DNA of 64,000 bases. Origin: Alphaproteobacteria bacterium. GTDB lineage: Bacteria; Pseudomonadota; Alphaproteobacteria; JAXMDU01. The translations under genes were made by a program, and so were the position numbers. Each line of letters begins with the position of its first letter. Position 1 is the stretch's first letter. Where the stretch lies: the NCBI GenBank assembly GCA_046348645.1, contig JAXMDU010000007.1:77399-141398 (forward strand). Direction: 5' to 3'. Shown here piece after piece: positions 60,002-64,000 of this stretch. The notes beneath the pieces are model-generated. The model saw only the letters and a list, made by a program, of their open reading frames with translations. It made no database searches and was not told where the DNA came from.

Positions 60002-61051
60002 ATGCTAGAACAAAATCTTCCACCATCCGCTGGTTCCTTGAACATGGATCCGTCATGGCAGTGGTTTGATGGGAAGGCCGTTCTCGTTACCGGTGGGACT
60101 GGCTCCTTCGGTCGGCATTTTGTCAGGACCCTGCTAAAGGTGGCGCGACCGAAACGGCTGATCGTGTTTTCGCGCGATGAGATGAAGCAGTATGATATGG
60201 AGCGCGAGATGGCCCCTGATGATGCCGGCGGTGCTCTGCGCTTTTTTCTTGGCGACGTGCGTGACCGCGATCGTCTAGAGCTTGCATTTCGTGGTATAGA
60301 TCTTGTGATTCATGCTGCGGCGCTGAAACAGGTGCCGACAGCCGAATACAATCCATTCGAGTGCATTAACACCAACGTGTTGGGGGCCGAGAATGTCGTC
60401 AACGCGGTCCTGCGATGCAGCGTTCCCCGCGTGATAGCGCTCTCAACCGATAAGGCTGTCAGCCCCATCAATCTTTACGGCGCCAGCAAGCTGGCCGCTG
60501 ACAAGATCTTCGTTGCCGCTAACAACCTGAGCGGTGGCACGGCACAGTTTTCCGTTGTGCGCTATGGAAATGTGATGGGCTCGCGGGGCAGCGTCATTCC
60601 GTTGTTCCTGAAGTTGATCGCGGAAAAGGCCGACTCGCTGCCGATCACCGATGTTCGCATGACCCGATTCTGGATCACATTACCACAGGTCGCAGCCTTC
60701 ATCGCAAAAAGCGTTGCCATGATGCAAGGCGGCGAGATCTTCGTGCCAAAAATTCCCAGCATGCGAATTGTCGACTTGGCCAAGGCCCTGGCGCCCCACT
60801 TGCCGCATCGAATCATAGGCATCCGGCCGGGCGAGAAGCTGCACGAGGTCATGATAACCGAGGATGATGCTCGCAACACGATCGAGCTTGCGGATCGCTA
60901 TATTATCGAGCCCGCCTTCACGTTCTGGACACGGGAACCTTATTCGTGCAACGGGGCCAAGCCTGTGCAAGAGGGGTTCAGGTATTCGAGCGACGGCAAC
61001 AGCGAGTGGCTGACCGCCCGCGACATGCAGCGCTCGGTTGCCGGAATGTGA
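60002..61051 (+). CDS. pseB: UDP-N-acetylglucosamine 4,6-dehydratase (inverting)
   Basis: VLVTGGTGSFG, STDKAVSPINLYGASK and PITDVRMTRFWITL match PseB/FlaA1-type dehydratases. An alternative ATG lies at 60044. Confidence 0.85.
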   Translation: MLEQNLPPSAGSLNMDPSWQWFDGKAVLVTGGTGSFGRHFVRTLLKVARPKRLIVFSRDEMKQYDMEREMAPDDAGGALRFFLGDVRDRDRLELAFRGIDLVIHAAALKQVPTAEYNPFECINTNVLGAENVVNAVLRCSVPRVIALSTDKAVSPINLYGASKLAADKIFVAANNLSGGTAQFSVVRYGNVMGSRGSVIPLFLKLIAEKADSLPITDVRMTRFWITLPQVAAFIAKSVAMMQGGEIFVPKIPSMRIVDLAKALAPHLPHRIIGIRPGEKLHEVMITEDDARNTIELADRYIIEPAFTFWTREPYSCNGAKPVQEGFRYSSDGNSEWLTARDMQRSVAGM

Positions 61052-61102
61052 AGCAGACGCCCCGAACATTTCCATCATCTGGACCACATCGACACGCCGG
61101 GA

Positions 61103-62300
61103 ATGACACAGCCCTTTCTCCCTTACGGACGGCAAAGCATCGATGAGGTGGACATTGCCGCTGTTGCGGCGGTCCTGCGCGGTGACTGGTTGACCACCGG
61201 CCCGATGGTGCGACGGTTTGAGGAGGCATTCGCAGGTCGCGTAAAGGCACGATTCGCCGTAGCTTGTTCCAGCGGCACGGCCGGCCTGCACTTGGCGTGC
61301 TTGCGCTCGGCCTGGGGCAAGGCGATCCTGTGGTTGTGCCGACGATGACATTCCCCGCCACCGCCAATGCCGCGCGTTATGTGGGGCCGAGGTGCTGTTC
61401 TCTGGATGTCGATCCAGAGACGGGGCTGATGCGTGTCGAGGATATGGATCGTGCCCTGCATCTGCAAAGGGGGCTGTTCCGCGCGCAGTCTTTCCAGTCC
61501 ATTTGAAGGGCCAATGTGTCGACATGCCGGCCTTGGCACAGCGTGCTGCCGCGCCGGCCTGGCCATTGTCGAGGACGCGAGCCACGCGCTCGGAACCGTC
61601 TGTTCGACAGCATGGGACATACCCGGTCGGAAGCCGATATAGCGTCATGACCGTCTTCTCGCTCCATCCGGTCAAGACGATCGCCATGGGCGAGGGCGGG
61701 GTCATCACCACCAATGACGAGGGCCTCTACCGACGGCTTATGACCTTGCGCACGCATGGCATGGTTCATGATGCGGCGACATTTCAGAACGCCGAACTGG
61801 CATTCACGTCAAATGGCGAGGCGAATCCCCAGCCATGAAATGCCAGAGGTGGATTCAATTACCGTGCAAGCGACATTCATTGTGCCTTGGCGCTATCTCA
61901 GTTGTCCAAGCTCGATCAGTTTTCTGATCGCCGCAAGGCTCTGGCACACCGCTACGATGAGCGCCCTCGTCAAAATTGTGCGCCTTTGATCCACATGTTC
62001 CGAAACGTGTGCCCAACTGCACGCCGACATGGCATCTTCTATGCACCGCGCATTGACTTCGAGGCGGCAGGAATTAGTCGCTCATCCGTCATGACACGAT
62101 TGTGGCCATGGGCATAGGAAGCCAGGTCCATTATGTTCCGGTCCATCGCCAGCCCTACTACCGAAGCCGATATGGAGATCAGGCGCTTGGCGGCGCCTGA
62201 TTCATACTATGGCTCGACTCTTTTCCGCTGCCGCTGTTCGCCACCATGACCGAAGCAGATGTAGATCGCGTGACGGCGGCGCTGGTGACGGTTCTCGAGG
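61103..62300 (+). pseudogene. pseC: DegT/DnrJ/EryC1-type aminotransferase (PseC-like), at least 4 frameshifts
   Basis: The pieces MTQPFLPYGRQSIDEVDIAAVAAVLRGDWLTTGP, GDPVVVPTMTFPATANAARYVG, FSLHPVKTIAMGEGGVITTNDEGLYRRLMTLRTHGM, GIGSQVHYVPVHRQPYY and LPLFATMTEADVDRV lie in different frames. The 3' end is approximate. Confidence 0.75.
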
Positions 62301-62343
62301 GCGCACCGGCACGACGGCACAGGCCAGTGCCTGCGAATACAGG

Positions 62344-63342
62344 ATGCACAAGATCCAAGAGTGGGCCGCAACCCACTGGCATCCAGCTGTTTCACATCCG
62401 GTGAATGCCACCCCGTCTATGGCGAGTTCGGGCGTCAATACTACCCGGCAATCCACGGCAATGCCGTTCGGGACGTGTCTTTTGTGCTTTTCAAGAGCGG
62501 GAAACCACCGGCGTTTGTTCCCTGCAACATTTTGTCTGGTGCCCTGGTTGGTTTGGCCTGCCGCTGCGCCCGGTCTTTGCGGATGCCGGGCTGGACTGAA
62601 GCCGACTTGGCAATCACCGGCAGCGAAGTGATAAGGGCGTTGATGACCTCGGCCGTGCACATTACACTCGGCCTGTCTTGTTCGACTGGTGGACGATGGG
62701 CTTGGTCAATCGCTTACGCCGTTTGGCCGTGCATGTTTCAATCTGGCAGCGAGCGTCGGTGATGTAAAACTTCATGGTCTCTGCGCGGGCATCCGCAGCA
62801 AGGACGATCTGTGGCGCACCATGCGAAAGAGCTTTCGGTCTCTGGTCAACTGGGGGCGACGAGAAACCGATCTGGTTCGTGTGAATGGCAGCAATCCGGA
62901 TCGAGGTTTGTTTGACCGCTATCGAGCATTTCATCACCAGATCGCCGGACGGATCACCCGTTCGGACAAATTTCGGGACGTGATGTTCGACTGGATTGCG
63001 GCCGGTCACGGCGAGCTTGTTCTGACATACCTGGCCGATGGGGCGCTTGTTGCCGGGACGATGATCGTTGACGGCAAAGAGATCGCATATTACGCATCCG
63101 GGGTTTACGACAGGACGCGCTTCGATCGCCCGATGGGCCATTGGCCACTGTTCTCGGCAATTATGCAAAGCATGGAGCGGGGAATAAAGGCCTTTGATCT
63201 TGGCGAACTGCCGCAACGGCACCAGGCCGATCCGAAGGAATATGCGATTGGCTATTTCAAGCGCGGGTTTGCTCAGGAGATTGCGCCACATTTCGTCTGG
63301 AGCTGGAGCCCAACCCGAAAGAGCAGTCACGATGCGCCCTGA
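62344..63342 (+). pseudogene. FemAB-like / GNAT-fold acyltransferase, at least 2 frameshifts
   Basis: MHKIQEWAATHWH is in one frame. ECHPVYGEFGRQYYPAIHGNAVRDVSFVLFKSGKPPAFVPCNI is in a second. LWRTMRKSFRSLVNWG...[40 protein letters not shown] is in a third. Confidence 0.65.
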
Positions 63343-64000
63343 CAGCGGTTCAGAAGCCAGTGTTCGAACCTTCTATGAGTGCGAATACGGCGCTCACGGG
63401 TTTTCTGCCCAACGTCGCTATCCAAACGAAGCGTTGCTCCGCTTCATGGGCGGGAACTTCTTTTCCGTACCCAGAGAGAGGCGAGGCAACATAGCCATGC
63501 TCGAGCTTGGCTGTGGGTCGGGTGCGAATCTTTGGATGGTTGCCAAAGCGAGGCGCTGCGACTCTGCCGGTGCTTGCTGCAGCACTGGGACGTTACAGCG
63601 GAATTGGCTCAGGCCAGCATGACGAATCTTCCATATGGGGATTGCAGATTTGATGCAGTCCTTGATGTGTTCTCAAGCTATTGCCTGCCTGAGATACCGT
63701 TTCAAGACTGTCTTGGAGAGATCGGTAGAGTTTTGAGGCCTGGCGGGAAATTTTTCTCGTTCACGCCATCAAAGCGATCTCTAGCATTTCAAGACCCGCA
63801 TCCTGCAGTCAGGATTGACGGCAGCACCCTTGATGGCATCAGGCGCGAGATATCCCCCTATTTCGGCAATATTTACCCCTTTCGCTTCATCAGCGAGGAG
63901 GAATATGCAGGTGCCCTTGAGGAAAGGGATTTTCGCATCCTGAGTTGTGAAAGAATTGGTCGTACCTACAGGCGGGGCGCCGAGTATTTCGAGTTCGTCA
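63332..64000 (+). pseudogene. class I SAM-dependent methyltransferase, frameshifted and running off the window end
   Basis: [16 protein letters not shown] (SAM motif I) is in one frame. The sequence then continues in another frame as [19 protein letters not shown]...LRPGGKFFSF, open to position 64000. Confidence 0.65.

Overview
This is a high-GC chromosomal segment, probably from an alphaproteobacterium. That guess rests on gene content and order: DUF2849-cysI-DUF934-cysH-cysD-cysN, nirS divergent from nirI-nirX, and nrtAB-ATPase-nirBD-nasA. Most of the window is metabolic. It holds assimilatory sulfate reduction by the APS route, a lone cd1 nitrite reductase gene, an assimilatory nitrate/nitrite cluster, and about 18 kb of CoA-dependent catabolic genes interspersed with five TRAP-type solute-binding protein genes that have no membrane partners in the window. 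Four things stand out. (1) About a dozen genes are broken by multiple frameshifts while long neighbouring genes are intact. (2) The nitrate-assimilation cluster is bracketed by two inverted, diverged nitronate-monooxygenase paralogues. (3) A roughly 2.8-kb, visibly lower-GC islet sits next to tRNA-Ser(UGA) and is flanked by an exact 13-bp direct repeat. It carries higBA plus an uncharacterised two-gene module: an RHH-like protein and a 363-aa protein with a HEPN-like Arg/His motif, preceded by a perfect 25-bp palindrome. This module is my best candidate for a new toxin-antitoxin or defence-type system. (4) Beyond the tRNA lies a decayed pseudaminic-acid-type glycosylation locus. I saw no CRISPR array, IS element, integrase or rRNA. 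All functional calls come from by-eye motif recognition on the supplied translations; no database search was run. Coordinates of trimmed starts and pseudogene ends are approximate.
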